From: Phoronis australis
Taxonomy: Eukaryota > Animalia > Phoronida
Direction of reading: 5' to 3'
NCBI GenBank assembly: GCA_002633005.1
Contig: NMRA01000521.1
Coordinates: 109,348-173,347, forward strand
DNA length: 64,000 nucleotides
Positions 51,228 through 64,000 of the stretch are shown piece by piece (the stretch's first letter is position 1; each line of letters opens with the position of its first letter). The translations under genes and the position numbers were made by a program. Under the pieces are notes generated by a model that saw only the letters and a list, made by a program, of their open reading frames with translations, searched no databases and had not been told where the DNA came from.

Positions 51228-53450
51228 AAGGTCATTAAGGAGTATACTTTAAGAATCTAAAAAGTTCCCCAAGGTTTGACATGTACGTTTTCGAGAAATT
51301 TGACCTTAAAAGTCTGCCTTTCTGCAAAATTTGACACAGAAAACCAATCTTCAAAAAACAACAACACTAGACAAAAACTGAATGATAATATCATTTGAAG
51401 TTAATGAATAAAGAAAGTGATAAATATTATGACATTAGGCGGACAATTGCTCAAAAAAGAGAAAAAGTAAAATTTTAGCAGCGCCTCCTGTTGGCCAGAA
51501 AACATACTGCTATATTCCTAACTCCTACAAAAAGAACTATACTGTTAACCATTTGGAATTTGATAAAGATTTGACATCACAACCTACGTGTGAACACCAT
51601 AAATTTCCAATACTTCTGCAACAAAATTTCTTTCATAAATTTCATTAAATGTCATAATTATTTAACATTATCCCACATTGCAGTTCACTGTCAAATGTCA
51701 CAGGGAACGACACACTGAGCATTGTCAGTCATGAGCATGATAAAATGTTGTCCATATTTTCCACAAGGTTGAAAATTTAAAGTTCTTCAACAACATAGCA
51801 TACACTTATTATGTTTCTTCATCCACTCCATCATCATTTATATCATCATTATTGTCATCAAAAGTTGTTTTTGACTGACTGAGACGCCGTATTCACACAG
51901 TCTGGACAGTCTCAAAACTTAGAGCTTGGCATGCCTGACTTCAAACAAGAGCACATTTTTTACTACAACCACTTTTTTTACACCTGCCATTAACATTTTT
52001 CATGGCATTTTCTAGGGCTAAAGGCAGAGTCATCCAGTGGAGCATCAGACTACCCCGGTCCAAGAGCCACCCATTAGCAACTGGAGATGGTGCAATGACA
52101 TGCTGTTGCAAGGCTCGTCTGTGAATGGCACACTGGTAGTTTGCTCTTTTAGTATGTAACAGCAAACAATCATGATGAGGAGGCAGATCAGAGATTTCAA
52201 CCTGAATATGTGGTAGTGTGCTTTGATAACTGTTGGTGACTCGCCGTACAGCTTGCATACAAACGGTTCAATGTCTTCGAGTTAACCAGGAAATACAAAT
52301 TTTGAGCCTAACTATAATGGCAAAGACAAAGTTAAAAAAATATCTCTCCAAGCCTGCACCCTACCCAAAATAAAAAAAAGTTTTGACAACCTGAATACCA
52401 TTTTATCTAAACACCTTGTTACAGTAATCCTATTTAACTGAAATAGATAACCAAAATACTTTTCACTTTAGCACACAGTATGGCCAACAACTGAAATTCC
52501 ATTTTGTTTAGTGCTCAGCAAAATAAGCTTTAAGAGAAATGAGCATCATTACTAGCATTGATTCCCCTGGGGAGCTGCCATCAAACAATTTAAAACATAG
52601 AAACATTTTTATCATCCTTACATGTACATGTAGTTCAGCCTTTGAAAAATAGAGGAATGGTCATGTTGGCAATAGTCTTTTGAAAAGCGTCTTCTTTACC
52701 GTAGAGCTAAAATTTCATTTGACGCTTCCTGTTTCAAATAACACATAATTGGAAGAGTAAAAATGTTCCTTTGCTAAAAACTCCAATTCAAGAATCTTCA
52801 AAATGTGAGATACTCGGAAATCTGAGCAACATTTCATTTTTCAAGATAATTAAATTACAGAACACAGGCAATATTTCCATTTTATATTTCTCAAATTCCA
52901 ATCACTGCTCATGACTCTACATAAAATGATCTCAAATTAGGCTGAGAAGTTCATAAAAAGCAGTCACACTGTGCTGTCTGATCACTCACGTGTAGGTAAA
53001 AACTACTGCCAGTACATTTGAGATTGAGACCACTATTACCACAAATTTATCAAGCAAAATAATTTTTGTTCTGTGACCTAAACTAAAGATTATTTACCAT
53101 GAATGACACCTTTTCAAATTAAGAATAGGTAGGCGTATTTACAATTGAATGTTTGGAACTGGGAAAGGTTTTCAACTTTTATTTTGCTTGTGAAGTTCCC
53201 CTGTGACGAAATTTGATTTGTGGCAAATGGTTGATTGTGGTGACAAGACATATAAGGTATATTTCTTTGATCACTGTTAAATGCAACTGACAGTTACAAT
53301 CTCCTTAATTTTCTGGTGTGCTCAACATGATATCCATCTTCAGCTTGGTCTATTTCTTTTTTAAGAGCTCTTTCAATTGTTGTTACATCCGTAAAGTGTC
53401 TGTAACACTGCTTGTGATAGAAGCATGCCCACACCAAGCCTAAAAATGGG
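51228..53450 (-). mobile_element. Decayed DNA transposon, probably Academ-like (XPG/Cys8-type transposase C-terminus)
   Basis: ORF 51941-52258: DLPPHHDCLLLHTKRANYQCAIHRRALQQ..PSPVANGW followed by a Cys-rich tail (CKKSGCSKKC...). Interrupts the + strand LINE. Superfamily assignment is from memory of the motif; boundaries are approximate. Confidence 0.55.
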
Positions 53451-54129
53451 GGGCTCGAGTGTTTGAGAATGTGGACATTTATTAAGATTTACGGGGTACT
53501 TCAGAGCTACGAATTGTGCGTTTGTCGAATTTTAGTAGTTCCTACCATTTTAGTGACGGCTAAATCACAATCAAGGTCCGTATTCGAGAGTTGACTGTGT
53601 TACGGTCTAAAATAATTTTATTGGTCACTTAGCAAATGCCAACTGAATCTCATTATGCAAAGTTATTTAGTTGTGCAAATTAAAAAAGAATCATCAAAAT
53701 CGGACGTTTGAGAAATTTATGCATGAATTTCATGCATTTTTAGCGTTACGAGTGGCCATTTTAAAAATAGCAATTTTCAACTGTCAAGAGTAGAAAAAAA
53801 TTACTTTATCAAGTAAGCAATTGCTTAGATATGACTGGGGATAACTTAAGTCACTTTCAAATTAGAGTCAATTAGATGAAGTTGTTCTTAATCATTGAGA
53901 AATGGTAGGGTTCATAATAAAACAGGCACTCGTTACGAAATTTGTAAATTCTGTTTCTAACCCTCACCTACTGTAAAAAAGGTTAAAAACTAGAGTTCAC
54001 ACTCTGTAACGAAAAGAACTGCAAAATATGTCAGCCTAGGCAACACAGCAAATTATTCAATATCTAAACAAACCAAAAGTTTGGATATTGAATTGGTTCT
54101 GCTATATTGAAAATGGGCAAAAAGGCAAA

Positions 54130-55690
54130 CAAAATGTAGTATACGTACCCCCATGCGGAATTCAGTAACACAAATGGTCATTGCAAATGAAATTGTTGCC
54201 TTTTAAATAACAACATTGTGCTTATTATCACCAAAGAAAAATAAATGTCCATACAACATGTGATGCAGAAACAGTGATGTAGTGTACGTACCCCCATGTT
54301 TGAAAATACAATGAAATTAAATACCACTTGGCAAGTGAGCAACATTGGTCATTCAGAGTTTCCTTCCTTAAAAACGTTAGGTTAAAAGGGTGTTTATTGC
54401 AAATACATTTGTTTTGAGTGAAAGGTGAGCAATTGTGTAGTGTACCTGTACGTACCCCCATATTTTAATTTGTGTCTAGTTTCAAAGTATGACAGATATG
54501 CACATGAATACTGTGCTTTTTATTTTTCTCTTTGAATTGGTAAATCAATTAACTCTCAGTAGATTCTTACTATTTAGTTACAAACCTGACATGCCATTGA
54601 AATGTAGTGTACGTACCCCTGTGTAGTGTATGGACCCCCATGTGAACAAATACCACGAAACAAAAATATTACACGGTAAGTAAGTAACACTTGTCATAGA
54701 CAGCTTCCTCCATTAAATATGCTAGATTAAAAGGGTGTTAATTACAAATACATTTGTTTTGTGTGAAATACTAGCATTTGTGTAGTGTACGTACCCCTAT
54801 ATTTTAAAATATGCCTGTTTTCAAAGAATGAGACAGATATGTACATGACTGCATGCTGTACTTTTAATTTGTTCTCTTTGACTATTGGTAAGTGAACTAA
54901 CTCTCAGTAGATTTAAATTATTTTTTTCAACCTTAAAAGTCAGTGAAATTTAGTGTACGTGCCCCTGTGTAGTGTACGTTCCTTCAACCTCTGTGCTAAA
55001 AGTACTGCTCACAAGAATTTTTACACACTGCTGTTCACATGAACAATACCGGTACTGATATTTCCATAATAATGAATACAGTCTGACAAAAATGGACATT
55101 ATCAAATTTGTGGACAATAAAATGCCACGCAGGACTTGGATAGGACTGAAAATCCTAGAAGTCACGTCATGTGACAACTAATGTTGCAGAGGCAGGTTCT
55201 CTATCTCTCAAGACAACTTTAACTTGCAACAAAACAACAAGTAGAGGCAGCACAAAACTCGAGACCATCCCATACATTTGTAACTTAGTCACAATTCGAC
55301 GTTGATTGCCTGTGCGTAGTGTACGTACCCTCCAACCAATAACATTTTTTACTGTTTTCAAGTGGAACACTGGGCCTAGCATTGCTTTAACTATTTTGAC
55401 CAACTGGTGAATGTATTGAAAACTAGGCAAATAGCACCAATAAACTTTCTTGCCATTTTCTTTTTGTAAGAATCATATTGCAAGAGAATAAGTTCTCATT
55501 ACACTGTGTTAAGATACGCAATGTATCCTCATCTAGAACAACTTGATCAGCACGGTAATAACTTTTCTAATTTTAGCATGTGATAGTTCTTCAATTCAAT
55601 CAAAAACTTATTAAATTAATAGCTACCTTATGAATTTTTGCATGGTAGAAGTGGGCTGTGACCACAAGTTGTAGTGTACGTACCCTTTTG
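54130..55690. repeat. Array of about 10 tgtagtgtacgtaccc motifs including an about 345-bp tandem duplication
   Basis: Motif variants near 54136, 54278, 54436, 54603, 54622, 54781, 54951, 54968, 55316, 55670; about 54280-54620 resembles about 54625-54965. Confidence 0.8.
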
Positions 55691-56809
55691 TACAATTGCA
55701 GTACATTAGGCCATAAAATTTTATTCGGTGGTTCTTGTGCAAATAATATTTTAGATTACAAACCTGGAATGATGGTACTTTAAAATAATCCAGTTTTTAC
55801 AGTTATATGACAAACCTTCATTTTTCACCAAAAGTGGCCACCGAATATAGACCTTGATAGTGATTTGGCCGTGAACGTTTTTTCTACTTTTTCGGGGTTT
55901 TTGTTCCTCCACTTCCCAAATGGGGGTCTCTTTCAAGCCCCCGAGCCCCCCACCCCTGGGAGCGCGCATGAAAAGAGCTCTGTTTTTTTCACAAAAACTT
56001 AAAAACTTATCAACAATGATACTTCTCTTCCACTCAATGTTGATACGTTTGTTTGCAGTAGCCTTAGACCAGGTAATATTTGAAAATTCCAGCTCAGAAA
56101 TTTGAGCAGAAGCTGACACATGAATGCAACAAGGGACAGACATCTTGTCAGTCTATTGTGAAGTCGCACACACGTTCAAAATTCATGGTTTCAGCAGAGT
56201 CTTAGCTGTCCCAAAACTGTTCTTTGCGAAACACAAAATGATTCAGAAATGTGCCAAGAATTGTTTCAGTACAATGACACTCGTGGCCACTTGATTTGGC
56301 TTTCCTCAATTCCTAACTGCTGCCTGCTGGTTTTTAGCCTTGGCCCTTGGTAATTGTCTATGACTTGCACACCCATCTAAGAATTAATACTATCCAATGT
56401 AGTCAGCAGCAGTAAACAAGCTAGCTAAGCCAGCAGGATAACATCAGCTGACTGTCCTCTGAAGAATGTTTTCATGTCAAGCAGACGACTTTTGAAGGGG
56501 AAAGGTATGGACACAATATTTTCCTGGCATTTGATTGGCTGTTTGGATCATTTTGCACTGACACCTGGTGGTTAACATAATAGTTGAGGTTATATTTTTC
56601 TAACTTTTCAATAAAAATTCCTACTAAACGTGCAAGTGTATTCTTGGGAACGTTTATGAAATTGACTTTTGAACATCTGTAGATGGGTTTGATGCAAAGT
56701 TCCCGTTGCCCCCAGAAAGTAGCCACGGAGGTGAAAGATAGGAGAGCTGGGACTATGGTCAAATGTGGGTAAAACAAAAGCCACATGGTTTGGAAGTAAA
56801 ACTGGTAGT

Positions 56810-57551
56810 GATGATGTGATTCCTACAAAAGAAAGTCTGTCTTGGACAAAAAATCTTTGTATATTTAGGGACGGATTTTGACACTCAATTGGATAGTATG
56901 ACGCACAAGAACTTCACGGCAAAAATAACTAATAAGTCTTTATTAAAAACGCATTGCCTTATGAAATTACAAAGGATCCCAACATTAGATGGTTCGAATT
57001 TAGAATACTACACAGGATTATTGCAACAAATATCTTTTTAGTCAAAATCCGTGTTCGGGTTTCTAATTGATGTTCCTTTTGTAATAAAGCTCCAGAGACG
57101 CTGTCACATCTTTTTTTGGAGTGTCGCCTTGTACAAGATTTCTGGAAGAAATTCGGAAAGCTAATGCAAAAGTGTCGCATTCAGCTTCCCAACAGTCTCT
57201 CTTACGAACGTTCTATTCTTGGACTTTATGAGACGCACGATTTTCTATTTAACATTTTGCTTCTAATAGCCAAACAGCACATTTAAAAGGAGAGATGTCA
57301 CAAAAATATACCTAATTTTCACAGGTTTGTTACATATACTTATGAGTGCTATAATGCTGAAAATGAATTGCATATAAAAACTTTGTTTTTGACAGCTTTT
57401 CTGCGAAATGGGAAAATTTAGAAGTTGTTTAATTTATACGAGGTACGAGAATGGTCTCTCCTGATGTGTGCATGCGTGAATGAATAGACGTACTTATTTG
57501 TTTGATTGTTTTTTGTACTTGTTTATAAGTGATAATAAATACCTAAAAAAA
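56810..57551 (+). mobile_element. 3' end of an L1/Tx1-type LINE
   Basis: TKDPNIRWFEFRILHRIIATNIFLVKI..CSFCNKAPETLSHLFLECRLVQDFWK (zf-RVT-like, with an in-frame stop), then AATAAA and a short A-run at about 57535-57551. Confidence 0.85.
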
Positions 57552-58282
57552 GAGTACACACTCTACCTCTTGGGGCAATTATACGTCAACAATACTGTGT
57601 ATTTCCTATCATGGTGAGCAAAATAATCCAGGAACTTTGCAGTTGCACTTAAAATGGGGTGAAGATGACACGCGTGGTGAAGTTAACAGAAAAAATGAAT
57701 TTTACTCAATGTGGTCGTACTACGGCCATGAGCACCTGATGGAATAAAACGCCGCCTGTACAGTGTAGCTGAGGGCGTTAGTTGTTCTTTTTGTCGACTG
57801 CTTAATGTTTGGCACCGACGTTTCTCAGGTGAGTAACATCATCTCATTTCAAACCCGCTGAAACGCATAATTTTTAGAGTTAGTTACTTTCATGTTGTAA
57901 CCATGGTTACGAATGGAGTGAGCAAGGCTGGTTATGCGCAGCAGCTGCAGTAGCCATCACTGATCACATCAATTATGAAACTTATCTTCTCTGAAAAACA
58001 GCATTGCGATTATTCTAAATTTTCGTAGTCGTGGTAAAATTGGCATACTTCGCAGGTGAAGTCAGCATAGGCTGTCACCTTTACCCAACGCTATGCCAAC
58101 TTCACCCCCTTCCTCCCTTCCGAATATGTACTCTGTGGCTAACTAAAACCATTTTAACCACTTTCAGGATGCCTACATGTATATAAGGATAAACGCCTTT
58201 TTCACGTACTCGCCAGAAGATCTAAAAATGTAGTGGAAACAGCTCTCCGGGTTTTTAGGTAACTAACAGGATCGTTCTAAAA

Positions 58283-58381
58283 CTCCCTCGACCCCCACAC
58301 CCCTCGAGCCACGAACCCCTCAGCCCTCGACCCCCTTGACCCACGACCCCTTCGACCAACGACCTCCTCGACCCACGACCT
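58283..58381. repeat. C-rich minisatellite (ccctcgaccc/cacgacc units)
   Basis: Degenerate 7-9 bp units in tandem. Confidence 0.8.
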
Positions 58382-59100
58382 GTGGCAATAGAGGTATTTG
58401 TGCGCTTTTTACATATTTCATAATCTTATTACGTCGCCGAATGACATACGTAAACGCCAGTCTGTCCTGGCTCAAGTCTGATGATTAAAAACATAAAGTG
58501 ACGTTGGAACGTGGTCTTGAATAGCGTTGTCACAGAAACACATGTAGTTCCACGAGCGGCTACCAGTGGCCCAGTTCTACTAAACTTAGGGAGAGAGTGC
58601 GTTAACGTGAATGTACACGATTTCATATTTTTATTATTTGCTTTATGTTGTATACTCCTTTACAACATATTCCAACTAACATTGAAATACTTTTAGTTAA
58701 TAGTTTTGGTGAATTGAATTTTGAAGAAAAAACAACGATTTTTTTGGTTTCCCGCACGTCATTTCATCAGTAAAAGATGTTAATCAGTTGACAGCATACA
58801 TAAGCAATCCCGGATAGTAGGCCTACATCTAGTTATTTTGGAAGATACGAAGTCTTAAGGAGCGACTTAAAGACGAGGAATGGATATGGGAGCTAAGATG
58901 ACATGCAGGCATTAGATGAAACAAGTAATGAGCCAGACCTTGCAGTGTCGGTAGCCTTTTAGTGTTTGGAGCCGTGCGAACTCGACCCTCCCGCACCGAC
59001 GTCCTCGGCGAATGAAGCCGAGACAGAGCCTACTCAGGCTGCGGTCAGTCCTGATTTCAGAGCTGTCATTTATGAGTGGCAATTCTAGATTTTTATATTT

Positions 59101-59719
59101 ATGAGAATGCCACCCGATTTAATTAGTTTTTGCTACACTCGCATACAGTCGATCTCACCTCGCCGAAAGGTGTCACGTTAACCTGTGAGGAAGGTGAGTA
59201 CACGACGCCGCGATGTCAGTGGTTCTTTAGCCGAGTGTGTGCCGCTATGGGGTGGCGTATCGTTCCAGCTTGTGCGAGACATGAAGCTGCGAGGAAAGCG
59301 AGTACATCGTTTTTCATTACCTCGAGAACCTGAAATGCTTCGGAAGTGATTCCCGGGAGTAAAGAACAAAAAGTACGCCGTTAATACTATGAGGCCGTGA
59401 AATATCTCCGTGTTTGCCCGGCATTGTTTTGTTTCAAAATGAGTTACAGTCACCCTAACCGAAGTTTATATCAACTGAAACAAAGTGCCAAAGTCTGTCT
59501 CAGCAGATGCTACTTGTAATGCCTTAAGATTGTTTGTGAGTGCAAATGTTTTGAAAAATCAACAATGAATAAAGCACACTGCTCTACCGGCTTCGGATGA
59601 TAAAACTAAATTGAACGCCGCCGTCTGAGTGCTTTCTAATACAGTGTTGTCTGACAGAAAACTGCTGTAAAACTACAACTCAATTTTATTTACTACGGCA
59701 AGATGTTAGAGGAATTTTT

Positions 59720-59796
<77 letters not shown>

Positions 59797-60537
59797 GATA
59801 TTCCATTATTCAAATTATTGTATTGTACACAACTTCCCTTCACGGTTCTGTGCCAAGGGGAACTTTGCCTAGAGGATCCCGACGAGAGAGTAGATTTTCA
59901 ATTTCACGGCGAACTCAAAAAAATTCACATGAACATTATTTCTTTGGTTCACTAATCTAGTCTTTTCGTGACTGGAGGTTCAATTTTCCACTTCTGCAGG
60001 CGACTAACCCGGATGATTTATGTTCGTAATGTCTGTAGTCCGGCGTGTCTGATCGAGTTCCGAGCCACCGGGTTATAACGAGCGTTTTGTGTTTAGAACA
60101 GAGAAAATTCGCAAGTCTAAAATTACAACTCACGGCTATGCTCTCCTGCTGGTATTTCACGGAAGAATAATTCTAATTTATCGCCGAAAAGACTCCAAAC
60201 CTAAGTAAGTTAACCTACCGCACTTTGTAGGTTACGGTACGTTCAAAATTTCGGTAAATCCGTAATAGCGAAATGAAAGCGACTCATTCGTTTAAAAACT
60301 CAATGTATTTGTAAAGAGTTTATATCGAATATTGGTGTAAAACGATGAATTCAAGTGATAAGGTGAGACCAGTAAGTACCTTGTGAACTGCTGAGCTTAC
60401 TGTGTAAGAATCTGTGACGTCATTGGTTAATTTCAGCACCTCTGTCTGCCGTCTGGTGTCAGGTAAAAGAACTGAAGTTGCTGTTATCGAGTGAAACTGC
60501 TCGATCTAAAGTTGTTTTTGGTGTCATTTTCTTTTAA
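59101..60537 (-). mobile_element. Second, diverged Kolobok-like copy, inverted relative to 35300-36968
   Basis: 59104-59230 is the reverse complement of about 36820-36966 (gagaatgccacccgatttaattag...); 60415-60515 is the reverse complement of about 35335-35435 (tgacgtcattgg..gtgtcaggtaa..ctcgatctaaa). Confidence 0.78.
59724..59788. repeat. (CA)n microsatellite
   Basis: About 32 CA units inside the second Kolobok-like copy. Confidence 0.97.
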
Positions 60538-62099
60538 TCACGATTTGATTTCCTAACCACTTCAGTGTCGAGTGATTGTGTATGTCTCGAACTGAAAACC
60601 TACAGTACAATCGAAGTTTTTACCCTGACTTTTAAAGCTAGCGAAGATTGATTTCACTTCTTTTAATACCGAATTCGTTTGTTATCCGATTATTGTTATG
60701 CTTACTGGAATTTACTTCTTTTAAATATTCTGTCTCGTCTACTTCAAAATTATTAAAGCTTTTTACCGTTTTGATTCATCAATTATTTCGGTAGTGAGCC
60801 TGATTCCAGCCTCTGTGCCGGCTGCAGTCATGAGCTCAAACTATTTGCGAGTCATCTACATTCCATTTTCTACAGTTGGGCATTGACGTATATATAAATA
60901 CATGTAGCTTGCATTCTCTCACTAATGAGAACTTTGCTACGGCAATCAAATTCGTAATATCAGTCACAGTTTGAACATACATAGGCTGATAATACATGTA
61001 TTTCCTGACAGCCACGTTCCCAGCAATGGTACGACACGCTATAAAGACTCATTAAATCCTCGTTTCTGCGACGGGTAGAAGCACGATTCTTCTAAATAGG
61101 CTGAGCACAGCGTGGTCCTGAACTGGTTGCGTGCTTGACCGTGTTCTGCTACACACGTGTCACACGCCATTTATGGGCGACTTTAGGTGTGCTTTGGAAA
61201 CAAAAACTTTAAAATTGTCTGTCCGTTGGTGCATCCTCCGCTCACGCTCATGAAACTCGTCTCCGGCAACACGCCAAGCAACAACAAATGACGGAGAGAG
61301 GACCTCCATCGTTGAGATCACACAAATACTTTTTTGTGTTTAATTCTTGATTAAAAGTGCACAAGTTGAATGAGAAATATTCCAAATATAATTCCAAAAT
61401 TATTGGTAGACGATTTCCAGAATTTACGACCATGGTGTGAAGGTTTAAGCCTTCTACTTATTTCTAACAGCCACTGACATCGCATGAATCATCTACATGT
61501 ACTTATACGCAGTGAGTAATAATTAACATAACCAACACTCTAACACAATTTACTGGACAGAATTAGAACATATCAACGAAATTCTTACCACTTTCACCTA
61601 AGCTTTGCTCGGCGGCCGCCATTTTGATACTGTTGTCCTAAGTTTCTCAGTGAGCAAGTGGACGGCGACCAAAAATTGATTATACACTGTAGGATTCTTG
61701 GAGAGTTTCGTCTTAATATACATGTCTTTATGTAACTAATTCATAAATTTATTTATTCGAAAAAATTAACTCTTTTCCTTCTTAAGTGGCATAGTAGCTA
61801 ACGTAGGCGCCAATTGTACTCTTTCCGCACACATCCGTCTGGCGAGGTCAAACCTACTCCTATTTCAGTCTTGCGTTTTTTAAATATTACAGTTCTCCTA
61901 CTCGTCATAAGTTATACTTCTCTGCATACTGTATTCGTACTTCTCCTGAACGCCAATTTATCCCGATTTCATACCTTCTATTGTTGGCCTCTCGCTTTGC
62001 CACTACTCGGCCGTCGTAGTACATTACGTGTTTCTACCGAACAAACGAACCACCTAGCACCTCCACCGCCTTTAGGACAAACTCAATAAGGAGTGCAAG

Positions 62100-63210
62100 C
62101 TCAGTTGCATGGCCTGCCCCTTTCCAGCGCACCCCAACTACTACCTACGTACCTCCTTACTCGCTTTCATTCCTAAATACGCTGGAGAATTTCTACTGAC
62201 CACCCACCTAACCTACCCAGAAAGAGTAGCGTCAGCGAAGGTATTCGGCCAGAAAATTGCACGTTCCGTAAGCTACACCTGCTTTGACCAAGTTATAGAC
62301 ACAATAAACCGTTTTGGGCAAGGTCCTTTAGAAGACAAAAATGGACATGAAGTCAGCCTTTCACTTATTACCAATACACCCAATCGAAATCCATCACCTG
62401 GGCTATCAAAACCAAGCGTATTTCTTCATTGAAAAATGCCTGCCATTTGCTACATCGATATTACCTTACATACATGTACATGTGTAACTCTTCGAGACCT
62501 TCGCTACGGCTTTGCACTGGGCAGTTCATGCTCAGCACTCAAGCACCAATCTCAGCCAACACTCATCAAAAGGACGATCAGGTTCTGCAATCATTCCTTT
62601 CGACAGTGATATCAACTGGTCCCCTATTGACCTCCTCAAGTCCAACATCTGGCCATGTATATTTCGTGCAGGTCCCTCAGTGGCTTCGCGGCCCCGAAAG
62701 TCGAGTCTTACATGTCCCAGTGTATACTTCAAATGCCACCCAGACGCCACGTGTAACTTCCTAGTCAGGCACGACCTTGGAAGGATTGCGGCGCAGTGCT
62801 CAAATGACCAACACCACGCGACTATTGGGCCAGTTGGTTACCAACATCCATGTGGTTTGCTAGTCTACATACGAGGTTCAGTTGCTCAAGACCGCATACG
62901 GTTTAATAGCATTATTCGGGTTATTCAGAATATCATAATTGGTGGGTACCAACAGCCGAGGACTTCGGGCAGAGGACGTTAAGATTGCCAGCGACATGGT
63001 AGCAGTCAAACTATTGTTTCCAAGACAGACCAACGGGGTAAATCATGAACTCTCGTAATTCATCGCCTCACCCATCAACTTCTAATACGCCCTGTATACT
63101 ACATAACTCGTTTTAGTGGAACCCTCTCCCTCAGTTCCGTTCCTTTTTGGCGGGAAACCTGTCACGTGCTACCAGTTTAGTGCTGTCATCCAGAAATTCT
63201 TGAACACACT
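62100..63210 (+). mobile_element. Decayed DIRS/Ngaro-type tyrosine-recombinase retrotransposon fragment
   Basis: HLTYP..SVSYTCFDQVIDTINRFGQG, then after a frameshift KMDMKSAFHLLPIHP..LG..FFIEKCLPF (DIRS-type RT); IVSKTDQRGK (about 63013-63042) and GKPVTCYQFSAVIQKFL (tyrosine recombinase). Confidence 0.75.
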
Positions 63211-63212
63211 TA

Positions 63213-63410
63213 CAGGCCCGTAGCCAGCATTGCGCAGGGGGTGGTTCGAATTTCTTGAACGGTGGACCTTTGATACTTTGCCGCAACGTCGACACTTTGG
63301 AGTTTTCATTAAGGTCCTCCGTTGGCGCAGCTTAATCAAGGGGAAGGGAAATTTCATGGGTAAGGGAAATTTGTATACACAACGATGACTCTCAGTTAAA
63401 TGTACATGAC
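63213..63410 (+). mobile_element. MITE-like fragment, copy 2 of the 23547 family
   Basis: Same caggcccgtagccagca start and internal blocks as 23547-23735. Confidence 0.65.
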
Positions 63411-63599
63411 GAATCTATCCCTGCTGAAAATTCAAGCCAAAACCCAATTAGAATTGTTAACTGAAGCGCAAGTTTCAATTACCCCATTCCCTGCCAACAC
63501 AATAGAGAGCCAGTTGGCTGGCCTGCCTCAGTTAAGATGGCATCATAAAATTCTCCAACTGAATAGGACTACTTGTGACCTTTTTGACCTGGATTTTCA

Positions 63600-64000
63600 T
63601 ATGGAGGAACCAGAAACCTGTTAGTGTCAGGTCCATTTTTCTAGATATAGCTTCTGCTTTCGACTGTGTCCCTCACGACCTTCTACTTCACAAACTTCGA
63701 TCCTATGGCATTACTGGTAATCTTTTAAACATGATCACCTCATATCTCTCCGAAAGAACATACAGTGTTCGTGTCGATGGCGTACTTTCAATTTTATCCC
63801 ATCCTGGATTTGTAAACGCAGGTGTACCGCAGGGTAGCGTATTGGGCCCTCTTCTCTTCTTGGTTTATATTAATGACCTTCCTGATAACCTGTCATGTAG
63901 CACATACCTTTATGCAGATGACACGGCGCTTTTTTACCCCTTCGCAGGGAGCAGCCCTGAATGTTCTTTGCAGCTTCAACACGACTTAAATAAACTAAGC
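63600..64000 (+). mobile_element. CR1/L2-group LINE reverse transcriptase, truncated by the window end
   Basis: [63 protein letters not shown]. Confidence 0.92.

Noticed and set aside
54130-55690. CRISPR-like array
   Set aside because: Eukaryotic context, degenerate repeats, long irregular and partly duplicated spacers, no cas genes.

Overview
AT-rich, intron-containing eukaryotic DNA, most likely a marine invertebrate (kringle and SUEL-like exons, Mag-type gypsy element, L1/Tx1, Kolobok, frequent TACATGTA). The main result is a spliced + strand gene at about 2.0-17.2 kb. Its 18 phase-compatible GT-AG exons (plus one tentative upstream exon) assemble by hand into one open frame of about 1,250 aa. 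This frame fuses an N-terminal dye-decolorizing (DyP) heme peroxidase to a complete glycyl radical enzyme (GRE, PFL-like superfamily) that keeps its Cys loop (DYACDGCYEP) and a variant Gly loop (RCRQGGWTEYF). I found no radical-SAM activase in the window. The rest holds minus-strand exons of probable cell-surface proteins (SUEL-like, kringle, two transmembrane terminal exons), an intact young Ty3/gypsy element with identical 118-bp LTRs, two inverted Kolobok-like copies, decayed L1/Tx1, Academ-like, DIRS/Ngaro and CR1/L2 relics, MITEs and satellites. All calls come from reading the sequence; no database searches were run.
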